Virus record (IMG/VR): IMGVR_UViG_3300037722_000381
Span: 1 to 46,767 of that record
Source of the DNA: a virus
Taxonomy: Duplodnaviria > Caudoviricetes
Length of the DNA: 46,767 bases
Direction: 5' to 3' (one strand)
The notes below the pieces were generated by a model. That model worked only from the letters and a program-made list of their open reading frames with translations. It ran no database searches and had not been told where the DNA came from. Position 1 is the stretch's first letter, and each line of letters begins with the position of its first letter. Shown in pieces: positions 26,120 through 34,974 of this stretch. A program made the position numbers and the translations under genes.

Positions 26120-27464
26120 TCGTTAGTTCGTCCAATGTGAATTTTGGCCTTTTGTTCTTCCAGATATGAGAGATCATCCCATTACCCCTCACGTCGATTG
26201 ATAGATTCGCCTGCGAAATCAAATTCCCGAAATCCTGCGCCTGAGCAATTAATTCAAGGTCGGTCCAGAACTTCCGCCCCATGATTTCGACCTTCATAAC
26301 CTCTTTTTTCGCTATTCCGTGAGGTTTCGACTTTTTACTCGGGTAACAGCAGTCGAATCCGTACAGAACGTACCGATGAAACCCCAAAACGGAGTACAGG
26401 AGGGCGATTCCCCTTGTCATCGCAGCACTTCCGCCTGAAACGAGCATCCCGTCCCCGACTATTTTTGCCTCACCGGCATTTACCAGCGCGTGGTAAACGC
26501 AAATCCTCGCCCCCCTCTCGATAAGATGGTCCAACGTAGACGGATGAACCATTGAAGCCGTGAAATAAACCGTTTCGGGACTCAATTCGTTAATGAACTG
26601 CCGCGCGTGGTCTCGCGGATCGAGAAGAATGCACCCCCATGGGATGATTCCGTTTCGGATCAGCTTGTCGTGCGATGTTTTCACCGCAATGACGTAAGCA
26701 CCGTTCGACTGGAGGTCCCGGATTTCCCCGAGCACCTTCTTTGACAGTCTTCCGCCCCCACAAAAGACCGCGATATTCTGATGCGCTCCGCAAACCTTCA
26801 CCGATGGGAGGTTTTTCGACACGGTGTAGGCGACGTTCTTCTGAATCTCCGCGTCTTCTACACAATTCTTGGTCTTGACAACGAGATTCTGTTTCTTCGG
26901 CGTCCATCCTCTAACAACCATCTGGACGTGACCGCCGGTCACAACTCCGTCTTTAGCGGGCAGAATTAACCACCCGCCTTCAGAAACAATGAAATTGCAC
27001 CCGTACTCCGAAATATCCGGGCATTTTCCCTCCTGATCCGGCGTGTAGTAGTCGTCGGAGACGACAACAGGACAATCCTTCAAAGCGGAAATGTCCGAGA
27101 GGATCGTCGCAACCGAATGTCCGCCGTCTACAAAGGCGAGACCGGGTTTAAGCCCCTTGCTTATCAGGGCGGGAAGGGTTGATTTCGTATCCCCCGCAAT
27201 CAACTCGAACGATCGGTCGGGGTGTTCCTTACAGAACGCTTCGAGTTTGGCCTCGACCTCCGCTTTCGTGTGGTGGCGCTTGACATTAAGTTCGGCCTTG
27301 TCGGTTTCATCCGTGGCGAACTCGAACAGGTCAAAACCAACGTAGTGAGCCGGACCCACGGAGAGTAACTCAATCGCCCTCTCGCCGTTCCACGTCCCAA
27401 CCTCGACAATCGTTTTAGGCTTTACGTCCGAAACGATCTGCTTCAACTGGCCGTAGCGGTTCAT
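26109..27464 (-). CDS. class I SAM methyltransferase fused to Maf/DUF115 (MptE-like) glycosyltransferase-like domain
   Basis: IVEVGTWNG, GFDLFE, FVDGGHS, DDY; then FCGGG, LDPR, ASMVHP, SGGSAAM, LYGFDCC. Confidence 0.8.
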   Translation of the reverse strand: MNRYGQLKQIVSDVKPKTIVEVGTWNGERAIELLSVGPAHYVGFDLFEFATDETDKAELNVKRHHTKAEVEAKLEAFCKEHPDRSFELIAGDTKSTLPALISKGLKPGLAFVDGGHSVATILSDISALKDCPVVVSDDYYTPDQEGKCPDISEYGCNFIVSEGGWLILPAKDGVVTGGHVQMVVRGWTPKKQNLVVKTKNCVEDAEIQKNVAYTVSKNLPSVKVCGAHQNIAVFCGGGRLSKKVLGEIRDLQSNGAYVIAVKTSHDKLIRNGIIPWGCILLDPRDHARQFINELSPETVYFTASMVHPSTLDHLIERGARICVYHALVNAGEAKIVGDGMLVSGGSAAMTRGIALLYSVLGFHRYVLYGFDCCYPSKKSKPHGIAKKEVMKVEIMGRKFWTDLELIAQAQDFGNLISQANLSIDVRGNGMISHIWKNKRPKFTLDELTNAA

Positions 27465-28162
27465 GCGTACGCCTTCTGCTTTGCAACCGGTCCCTTATGA
27501 TGCGTCATGTATTGTCCCAACACCGTCTCCGGCCAGACGTGATTACCCTCAACGCCTTCGGAGAGGTTCGTGAATCTCTCGCCCCGCATTTCCCACCGGC
27601 TTCTCACGGCATCGAAAACAAAGGAATCGGTAAACCCCGGAAGCTGAAACACCGCGCCGGCCATGTACCATTCTCTCAGAGAGCCGCAGAACCTTCGGTC
27701 GTTGAAACCCAACCATCCGGTTTCGGAATGGTCCCAGTCCTTCCTTCCGAGGTAAGAGCAAATCCCGTCTTTCGGTGCGGCTTCGTTCCAGAAATCCTCG
27801 TCGAGGTCTCTTTCAACGACCACATCCGCATCACACCAGACCCACTGACCCTTTGGCCTATCGGGCCATGTCATGGCGAAGACCTTGTGGCAGAACCTCA
27901 CGCACTGAAACCGGTAGTCGGCTCGCCACTGTCCGTCGATCAGGACAAACCCGTTTGCAAACGGCTTGTCTCCGTAGGCTCCGATAAACTCCCTGCGGTC
28001 CCGATCCTCTTCCAGAGAGATCAGTTCAACACCGGAAATATCCGGTTTAGGACCTTCATGGAAAACAAAAAGCGGCACATCGCTATGCCGCTTCCAACTT
28101 TCGATGAACCGTTCCCCGTAGACTTTCTGAAGTCCTGGAGGAAAGGACGTACAGACGTTCAT
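27461..28162 (-). CDS. nucleotide-sugar (GT-A) glycosyltransferase
   Basis: RFCHKVFA, WCDAD (DxD), YLGR, SETG, HHKG; ATGA overlap. Confidence 0.75.
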   Translation of the reverse strand: MNVCTSFPPGLQKVYGERFIESWKRHSDVPLFVFHEGPKPDISGVELISLEEDRDRREFIGAYGDKPFANGFVLIDGQWRADYRFQCVRFCHKVFAMTWPDRPKGQWVWCDADVVVERDLDEDFWNEAAPKDGICSYLGRKDWDHSETGWLGFNDRRFCGSLREWYMAGAVFQLPGFTDSFVFDAVRSRWEMRGERFTNLSEGVEGNHVWPETVLGQYMTHHKGPVAKQKAYA

Positions 28163-28902
28163 ACCGACTCCCTCTCCAATTTCCATTCATCGGAGTAGGG
28201 AACGAACTGATAGTCGGTCCACCAGGGCCCACCTCGCGTGAAGTGAACCGCGCCGGGATCGTTGGATGTAGAGTGACCCTCAAGCCAGTTCCACCTTTCC
28301 GGAACCGAACCGATCTCTTCGTCTTTCAACCATCGAAACCCGTGTAGCCAGGAGCCGTCTTCGCTGTTCACCGCGTTGCGTGTGAGGCGACGGTTCGCTT
28401 CGTGTCCACAATTCCAGAGGATCAAAGACGACCAGTTCTTCCTCGGATACGGCTCCTGCTTCTGACCGTCCATCTTGACGGTTTCCTTCGGTGCGTAGTC
28501 GTGCTTGACAACTTGCACCGCATATTTGTCGTCTCTCAGCGCCCACAATTTGGACACATCGTCGCGCCAGAGAAAGTCGCAGTCGCAAAATACAGCCCAT
28601 CCCTCGTATTGCATGAGGATGGGGACCATGAATCTTGCGAAACTGAAGTCGGTCGAGAACGGCCTGCCGTCCTCCTTGTCGTATTTCTGCGTCCCCCGCT
28701 GATACCAGTTCCTTGTATAAACCCCGTCGCTCCCCGGCCATTGAAGGTCGTAAGCGGAAATCTTCTTGATGTAGAGGGGCTGAGACGAATGTCTCCGGAG
28801 GGAACTCGAGCAAACCTGATACGCTAAATCTTCTCTTGCGTCCCACCCGATAAAAATGGGTATCGTACAGACGCAGGGGTCTTCATTACACGTCCGACAC
28901 AT
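28159..28902 (-). CDS. GT8-like glycosyltransferase
   Basis: IFIGWD.RE, STDFSFARF, DCDFL (DxD), RKNWSS, WNWL, HFTRGGPW. Confidence 0.85.
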   Translation of the reverse strand: MCRTCNEDPCVCTIPIFIGWDAREDLAYQVCSSSLRRHSSQPLYIKKISAYDLQWPGSDGVYTRNWYQRGTQKYDKEDGRPFSTDFSFARFMVPILMQYEGWAVFCDCDFLWRDDVSKLWALRDDKYAVQVVKHDYAPKETVKMDGQKQEPYPRKNWSSLILWNCGHEANRRLTRNAVNSEDGSWLHGFRWLKDEEIGSVPERWNWLEGHSTSNDPGAVHFTRGGPWWTDYQFVPYSDEWKLERESV

Positions 28903-29683
28903 CCAACCACTCCCAACATCGTCCATCCCGCAACTCGGCGATGGTCCATTGATGATACGCAAGTCCGTGACACCACGACTCGCGCTCCGCGTAGTTCGGA
29001 TTCTCAACGTCCGAAATACGGGTTCTTGCAACCGGTATCGCCGCAGAGGGGCCCAGAACAATCGCGGGAATCCCGTGAACGATTGCCTCCGTTGCCGCGT
29101 TGGATTGATGGGCAACCAGAATGAAGGCGTCGTTCAGGACGGGCCTCAAATCCCCGTCGTCCTTCGGCTTTACGATAACCGGTCTGTCTGTGAAATTACT
29201 CAGCTCGGATACAACCGAGGTCAGCCACTTGTGAGAATCTATCCCGTAGAAATCCGCTACCGCCCTTGAAATCGGACAGACAACGACGTTTCGCCCCGAA
29301 CGCCTCCAAGGGGAAATCTTGATCCCGAGAGATGCCCACCTGTCGGAAGGAAATTTACCGATCCCATCCCATTGCAGGCCATTCTTCGAGACCCTGTAGT
29401 AACCTTCGTAGTGGCCGCGCTTAAAATACCCGTGGTCGATATGGTAGAAATCCCTGCCGATCCACTGGCATTGTTTGATGATCCGGTCGCAACCGCGAAG
29501 AATCCCGTACACACCCGCAGAACCGGGGAGCAAATCTATGGCAGGGACGACTCTCGATTTCGTTCCAAGGGAAAGGGCTCGGCAAAGGACGTGGCTGTGC
29601 TGATGATCCGTTTGATAAATGGTCAGCAATGATGCTTGGCCCACGCTATCCCGTGCGGGCGCGGCCACCTCCATCGGGGCCAC
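28886..29683 (-). CDS. capsule-biosynthesis (KpsC/KpsS-like, GT-B) glycosyltransferase-like protein; start may be 29644 or 29629
   Basis: YGILRG, IDHGYF, VKPK, SNAATEAIVHGIP, LAYHQW. Confidence 0.7.
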   Translation of the reverse strand: MAPMEVAAPARDSVGQASLLTIYQTDHQHSHVLCRALSLGTKSRVVPAIDLLPGSAGVYGILRGCDRIIKQCQWIGRDFYHIDHGYFKRGHYEGYYRVSKNGLQWDGIGKFPSDRWASLGIKISPWRRSGRNVVVCPISRAVADFYGIDSHKWLTSVVSELSNFTDRPVIVKPKDDGDLRPVLNDAFILVAHQSNAATEAIVHGIPAIVLGPSAAIPVARTRISDVENPNYAERESWCHGLAYHQWTIAELRDGRCWEWLDVSDV

Positions 29684-29976
29684 AACATGTCGGGGTCATT
29701 CCTGTCGTAACACTTCGCCGGCACCGACCCACAGCCGGTACACTCCATCCACCAAACCACATCGCTGAGAGACTTCAGCTTTCCCTCGGAGCCGCACCAG
29801 TTACAGCGATCTTCTCTGGGCCGGCGGGTATCACCCATGTCTTTATGGATTGGCCCGCACCGAAAGAAGGTATCCCCGTCCCCCTCCACACCACACGGGC
29901 AGAGATACAGCGGCTTGCCATCAACCATTCCACTGTGCATGTCGGAACCGCACCACGGGCACTTACACGGTTGCAT
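29623..29976 (-). CDS. Cys-rich multi Zn-ribbon protein
   Basis: CPWC, CPC, CNWC, CTGC. Confidence 0.6.
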   Translation of the reverse strand: MQPCKCPWCGSDMHSGMVDGKPLYLCPCGVEGDGDTFFRCGPIHKDMGDTRRPREDRCNWCGSEGKLKSLSDVVWWMECTGCGSVPAKCYDRNDPDMLWPRWRWPRPHGIAWAKHHC

Positions 29977-31477
29977 AGGGATCGCCCGATTTTGTTCCCA
30001 GCCGTTCCTCGTAATCCTCCCAGAAACGGTCTTTTTCGGTTGTCACGTACGTACGGCTTCTCAACCCGTACGCCGTTTCATCGTAGGTATGGTTTTCCTG
30101 TTTCAACCCCGGGCCCTTGTCGGGCTCCAACTCGTCCAGAATCAATCCCGGAACCGTCGCCCACCATTGTTTGCAATTCTCAGTGACGTAGAACATCGGG
30201 AACTCCCCGACTGTTCCGTCTTCTCCAAACTCGGGATTCCCCGCCAGTCTTGCGATAATTTCGGCGTAGTTGTGAACCCGATCCTTTTTCGCAGGTCTCA
30301 GAACAAACCTCGGGTCCTCCGCCTGCATTCTTTCAGCGACAGAGGGTCCATCGGTAGACGACCACATGGCTGAATCCCCGACCCGGTAATCCATCACGTC
30401 TCTACGGGAATCTTCTCGCTCAAGAATCCCCCGCGCAACTTCGGGACCGGACAATCGACAACCCTGGTTCCTCCGGCCGTTCCAGCCGTACCATTCGTCG
30501 TATCGAATCACAGCACCCTCAGGCAACCAAACATCCGGCCACCCTTCCCTTCCCCTCAACATCGCCCCCGAGGACACGCAGTACCACCCAACGGAAAACG
30601 GTCTTGCGGTACCCCAGTCCATCGACATGAACCGGGTCCAATGTTTGGGAGGGGAAAACTGCCTTAACTGGTGCTTGTCCCGATCAAGATTGTGGAGGGC
30701 CTGTCCTACAACCGCATCCCAGTCCCCATCCCGATAGGCCCGGGCCATCTCAGGAGCCAGAGACCCGAACGAAGCCGCATATCCTTTATCGAGATAGGCG
30801 TTGTCCGCCATCCTCGCGGGGATGTAGATCGACTGGACCCCCTTATCCTCAGGGTCTCTGTCGTCTCTCCAGGTCCTGTCGTGGAAGACAGTCTCCGGCG
30901 GAGCGGCGTCGATAAAGACGCTCTTCAGAAAAGCATGTGAGGGGCCCCCGGGATTCGACCCCAGAACAAACCGGGGGAATACATGCTCGTAACCCTTGGC
31001 GGGTTTCCAGCTGCCGATTCGATTTCGGGTCCTCAGGTACTCAATCTGACTCGGAAGCATCAGGGAAGCCTCGTCGAAGGCTACAACGTGCATTTCAGCA
31101 CCCTGATAGCGGTAAACGTCCGACTCCTTCTCGCAGTAGCAGAACCGGAGAATGGCCCCGTTGAAAAACTCCAACGTCTTCCGCGTCTCGTTGTAAACCG
31201 CGATCTCGGAAGGTATCTCCTTCCGAACCCAACTGATGTGGTTGTCTTCCAACTCCGGAAGGGTTCGGCGAAACAAATACGCCTGACACCCCGGGTTCCT
31301 CAGACATAAATCTATGAGGTCCCACCGGAGCGCCGTGGACTTCCCGCCCCCAGCCGCACCCCCATAAAACAACTGCCGAACCGCCGTCGAATGAAGTAAC
31401 TGCTGACGTACCTGCGGGACGTAAGACGGCTCAAATCTCAATCGGGCAAGACTTCGAGTATTTCGGCCTCGAAGCAC
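29963..31477 (-). CDS. terL: terminase large subunit
   Basis: Walker A GGAAGGGKS, Walker B VAFDEA, SNPGG, nuclease MDWG...YDE. Confidence 0.92.
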   Translation of the reverse strand: MLRGRNTRSLARLRFEPSYVPQVRQQLLHSTAVRQLFYGGAAGGGKSTALRWDLIDLCLRNPGCQAYLFRRTLPELEDNHISWVRKEIPSEIAVYNETRKTLEFFNGAILRFCYCEKESDVYRYQGAEMHVVAFDEASLMLPSQIEYLRTRNRIGSWKPAKGYEHVFPRFVLGSNPGGPSHAFLKSVFIDAAPPETVFHDRTWRDDRDPEDKGVQSIYIPARMADNAYLDKGYAASFGSLAPEMARAYRDGDWDAVVGQALHNLDRDKHQLRQFSPPKHWTRFMSMDWGTARPFSVGWYCVSSGAMLRGREGWPDVWLPEGAVIRYDEWYGWNGRRNQGCRLSGPEVARGILEREDSRRDVMDYRVGDSAMWSSTDGPSVAERMQAEDPRFVLRPAKKDRVHNYAEIIARLAGNPEFGEDGTVGEFPMFYVTENCKQWWATVPGLILDELEPDKGPGLKQENHTYDETAYGLRSRTYVTTEKDRFWEDYEERLGTKSGDPYATV

Positions 31478-31653
31478 CCGGCCCTGCGCAACCGAATGAT
31501 GGCCGTTGTTCTGGTAAGCTGACCGTCCTCGACAAGGGTTCTGGTTTTGACCAACAGCCGGTCGAGGCGGTTACTTCTCAGCCTTCGGCGTATTACGCGG
31601 CTCTCCCATGCAGAGAAGCCGTTTCTATACCCGGGGCCCTGTACGGCTGACAC
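31438..31653 (-). CDS. hypothetical basic protein
   Basis: 71-aa ORF in operon. Confidence 0.5.
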   Translation of the reverse strand: MSAVQGPGYRNGFSAWESRVIRRRLRSNRLDRLLVKTRTLVEDGQLTRTTAIIRLRRAGCFEAEILEVLPD

Positions 31654-31654
31654 G

Positions 31655-32185
31655 TCACTCTGGGGGGTCTGGGGAGTAATCGTCGGGCTTGTTTATGATA
31701 TTCGCCAGCATCGACAGATCGACCAACATGCAAATAATCTCGGCCACCATTGCCTCGCCGTTATCCCCGAATAGCCAGGGGTCTTGTAATGCGGCATCAA
31801 GCGCGTCTTCAATCTCTCTCCGGGCACGGCCTATGCCGAGCCACACGCCCACATTGTGCGGGTCCCCCTCGGTCATTCTCCACGCACGAAGCTGATTGGC
31901 CAAATCCCCCAGATCATCCACCCGGACCAGAGACATCGCCACGGCCAGCAAGATTCTCTCGGGGATCACGCCGGCTTCCTTAAGACTAAGCAAATTTACT
32001 CGCCGCCCCTTACGAATTTCACGCCCTAGCCATTCGTAAGTGGGCCGCAGCTCGGCATCAAAATCCTCGGGCCTCACCAAACACTCGATCACATGATATT
32101 TGTCGTTGTCCCCGATGATGGCAGCTAAGAGGGCAAATCCCGCATCTTCTCTTGATTCGACCGAGCGCCCGTTTATTTCATTCAT
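31655..32185 (-). CDS. protein with DnaB helicase N-terminal-like domain
   Basis: ALLAAII.DND....I...VRPEDF......Y......GRRVNLLSL; GGAGG SD. Confidence 0.6.
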   Translation of the reverse strand: MNEINGRSVESREDAGFALLAAIIGDNDKYHVIECLVRPEDFDAELRPTYEWLGREIRKGRRVNLLSLKEAGVIPERILLAVAMSLVRVDDLGDLANQLRAWRMTEGDPHNVGVWLGIGRARREIEDALDAALQDPWLFGDNGEAMVAEIICMLVDLSMLANIINKPDDYSPDPPE

Positions 32186-32218
32186 CAACACCTCCGTGTG
32201 GAAACCCGAGGGCGGTTT

Positions 32219-32449
32219 TCATTCGACGGAATCGTAAATCGTGATCGTGGGGTAGCCGTCGAGGCCCGCCCCGCCGACGATCAAGTACCCTTCCCGCTCC
32301 CAAAGCGCCGTCAATTCAGCAAGAGAATTAATCTCAATCACCCACACCTCATCACCGGACTCACGTATCTTCTTGCGGTAGGCCCCGTCAGTAGGCGCGG
32401 GCGTATCCCCCAACCACTCGGCCGAAGCGCGATCAATCTCGAACAACAT
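32219..32449 (-). CDS. hypothetical protein (IEINSLAEL...ITIYD)
   Basis: 76-aa ORF. Confidence 0.65.
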   Translation of the reverse strand: MLFEIDRASAEWLGDTPAPTDGAYRKKIRESGDEVWVIEINSLAELTALWEREGYLIVGGAGLDGYPTITIYDSVE

Positions 32450-32810
32450 GGAAACCCCAACTGGGTTGTTTTTCGGAATGGGGCCGGACCCCGAAGCCAC
32501 GGAGCCCGACCCCTCGCAGCCAAATGCCATCCCGGTTGGGCCCCTCAAGCAAAAAGGGCGGGCGGCCGTCTGACTGCGAATAGTGGAAACTCAACTCGGG
32601 TTGTTTTTCGGAAACAGGTGGGGACCCTAAACGCGGGTGTGAAATAGCCCCCGCAGCGGCGCCACCGCGCGAGCCCAACTCACCAAGGCCCCCTCCCCGG
32701 CTTCCCATAATGGTAGTTATACGCATACCCCACCCCATACATATCAATAGGTTAGCACACCTACCGCAGGGTCTGCGTATTATGCCGTCAGGGAAACCGC
32801 ACGAAACGGA

Positions 32811-33026
32811 TCAGATTGTTGCGCGAAATGGTCGGAAACGCGAGGGGCGGGCGAGCGATTCGTGCTGCGCGATCAAACCCCGTCTTCGTACCGAGACGGC
32901 CACTTCAGGTATCGTTGCCACGCAATGCCACGTAGCGCCAACATCCTCTGTTTCCCACCATCCCAGCTCCAGTACTCCATCGTCCTCTTCGATAACCAAT
33001 CCGCGCCTGTCGCGAGGGCTGTTCAT
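32811..33026 (-). CDS. hypothetical protein
   Basis: ATGA overlap, GAGG SD. Confidence 0.55.
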   Translation of the reverse strand: MNSPRDRRGLVIEEDDGVLELGWWETEDVGATWHCVATIPEVAVSVRRRGLIAQHESLARPSRFRPFRATI

Positions 33027-33193
33027 TGCCTCGCCTTGCGCTCCCATGCCTCGACAGTAATCAAGTCCTGTACGGCAGCATCCAATAGCCATTGCTGACG
33101 TTTCCGATCTTCCTGCGTTGTCGCAACGTCGCGGGCGGCTTGTAACTCGAAGCATCGCGCCCGGAAGGCCTCTGCGCCCAATACATCGCTCAT
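33023..33193 (-). CDS. hypothetical protein
   Basis: GAGG SD, coupled. Confidence 0.55.
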   Translation of the reverse strand: MSDVLGAEAFRARCFELQAARDVATTQEDRKRQQWLLDAAVQDLITVEAWERKARQ

Positions 33194-33198
33194 TGCCT

Positions 33199-33375
33199 CT
33201 ACTCCGCCCAACCGCAGTTGAAGATCGCTGCCAGCTTAGGGGAATTGAACTGTATCAGGACCTGGCAGTCGTACGTGTCGTACCCGTGTTGCCGTACAGC
33301 GCGTTTAACACCGTCCCCAATGTGTGCCTCTAGAGAAGATTGGATTTCGGCCCGCCAGCGGTCGTACTGGGTCAT
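33199..33375 (-). CDS. 58-aa hypothetical protein (not in ORF track)
   Basis: TAATG overlap; MTQYDRWRAEIQ... Confidence 0.5.
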   Translation of the reverse strand: MTQYDRWRAEIQSSLEAHIGDGVKRAVRQHGYDTYDCQVLIQFNSPKLAAIFNCGWAE

Positions 33376-33710
33376 TACCAGCGATCCTCGGTGTAGCCGT
33401 CGTCGTCGTCATCGGCGAATATATCGAACCCGTTGTGGCGGCCCCGCCTGACCCCGCAATCCTCCAAATCCCCCATTGCCTTAATAGCGATGATGGCGCG
33501 ATTAAACGCTGCCTCGGCCTCTAAGAATACGTCCTGAAGAGCCGACTTGCTCCAGCCCCCCTTCGAACAGTCTGCTTCCCATACAAAGGGCTCGCCATCG
33601 TAGTACAGCGTCATCGTGATTCTGTTGGGGTCGGGCACATATACCGTTGTGACACACGTCGTCGTACTGACCAACTCCGCCTCCTTGGCGCCAACCGCGC
33701 CGCTATTCAA
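33375..33710 (-). CDS. hypothetical protein with acidic tail
   Basis: Overlaps terS stop. Confidence 0.55.
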   Translation of the reverse strand: MNSGAVGAKEAELVSTTTCVTTVYVPDPNRITMTLYYDGEPFVWEADCSKGGWSKSALQDVFLEAEAAFNRAIIAIKAMGDLEDCGVRRGRHNGFDIFADDDDDGYTEDRW

Positions 33711-34278
33711 TCGTGGCCCGTGTCCCGTCCTGACTGATGGTCACGGCTTTCCTCTCGGGCATGTTGAAGACAATCTCGACCTTCGGCCCCCCAGAGTCCT
33801 TCGGGTTCCCGTAGTCGGCCTTCGTGGCGGGGTGGCGCTCCAACAGAGCTAGCCCAGCTCGCCAGTCCCCCTTTTCGGAGGCAAGGTTGATGTCGTTTAC
33901 CCGCTTCTGCGCCCATACCGATTGAGCTCGTTTACACAGCTCGGAAAACTCCGTATCGCTCTCCAGCCATGCCGTCACTGTTTCCCGCCTCACATCTGCA
34001 AGGTCTGCTGCCATATTCGGAGTTGTCCCGTTGGCGAGGTGCCCCGCGATCTGCTGCTTCTTTGCCTCAATGTCGGGGGCAGTCGGGTGTTGGGCTAGCG
34101 TGGTTTCCGTAATTACCGGAACGGAAACTCCCCCGGCCAACGGTTTCCACCCATGAGACACGATCCGCTTATTGATCGCTGTATGGGATATGCCGTGCAT
34201 CCGGGCCAGCTTCCTGACCGACGCTATCCCAGCCTCGTACTGATTCCTGATGGATACCCAGTCAACACCGGGCTTCAT
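33703..34278 (-). CDS. terS: terminase small subunit (HTH)
   Basis: DWVSIRNQYEAG..SVRKLARMHGISHTAINKR HTH; DWRAGLALLER. Confidence 0.8.
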   Translation of the reverse strand: MKPGVDWVSIRNQYEAGIASVRKLARMHGISHTAINKRIVSHGWKPLAGGVSVPVITETTLAQHPTAPDIEAKKQQIAGHLANGTTPNMAADLADVRRETVTAWLESDTEFSELCKRAQSVWAQKRVNDINLASEKGDWRAGLALLERHPATKADYGNPKDSGGPKVEIVFNMPERKAVTISQDGTRATIE

Positions 34279-34289
34279 AACGTGGCCGG

Positions 34290-34520
34290 TCAAGGGTGCG
34301 CGTCCACCATCGCGTGCCATGCCGTTGCCGACACCATGCAAACCCCGGCCCGGTACATCCCGAGCGTCGAATACCGGGTTGAAATCAGCTTGAAACCCGC
34401 TTCCCGTAACTTGGCCACCTGACCCTCCGTAATGTCAGCGGCCTTGAGTGCCCGGTCGAGGTGCAAGCGAATGTTCGTGTCGTCGGCAGCGTAGCTGGGG
34501 ACGTCGTCTTCCGTAGTCAC
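34290..34520 (-). CDS. hypothetical protein
   Basis: GTG start with GAGGG SD. Confidence 0.55.
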   Translation of the reverse strand: MTTEDDVPSYAADDTNIRLHLDRALKAADITEGQVAKLREAGFKLISTRYSTLGMYRAGVCMVSATAWHAMVDAHP

Positions 34521-34537
34521 TGTCCCTCACTCATGGG

Positions 34538-34717
34538 TTATGTCGTGTACCGCGTCGGCTTGATGGAGCTGTATGGCGTTTCTATCGTCCCGTCAGCATG
34601 AATGCGGATCGGGTAATTCAGCCCCGGTGCGTTCGGCCCCCAACCTGGAATTGGTTTGGGCTCCATTTCGCCAGTCAAGGCGGTTACAGTGTAACGAATC
34701 TCTGGCCGGTCACTCAT
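34538..34717 (-). CDS. 59-aa hypothetical protein (not in ORF track)
   Basis: GAGGT SD; MSDRPEIRYTV... Confidence 0.45.
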   Translation of the reverse strand: MSDRPEIRYTVTALTGEMEPKPIPGWGPNAPGLNYPIRIHADGTIETPYSSIKPTRYTT

Positions 34718-34907
34718 GCGTCACCTCGTGGATAGCGTCGGCCTCGGCACCCGCGATTGTGTCGAAGGCAGGGTGTATCCCGCCAAGCCAGTCACCCGGT
34801 TCCCACTCCGCATACCAGTCGTGTCTTGCCTGTCGCTTGTCGGGGATGATTCGCTGATAGAGGTTCCGTTGTGCCAATTGCTTGGCAACGGGGTTACGTC
34901 TGGGCAT
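34710..34907 (-). CDS. hypothetical protein (MPRRNPVAKQL...)
   Basis: AAGGA SD. Confidence 0.55.
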   Translation of the reverse strand: MPRRNPVAKQLAQRNLYQRIIPDKRQARHDWYAEWEPGDWLGGIHPAFDTIAGAEADAIHEVTHE

Positions 34908-34974
34908 GTCCTTGAAAAGATGATGGTATTTCCGGTATTTACGGGTAAGGCGTAGGTAAAATACCAGTTTACCT

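Noticed and set aside
26109-29683. DNA hypermodification role for the GT cluster
   Set aside because: No base hydroxymethylase, TET/JBP or phage DNA polymerase was recognised, and the cluster lies in the late head operon; disfavoured but not excluded
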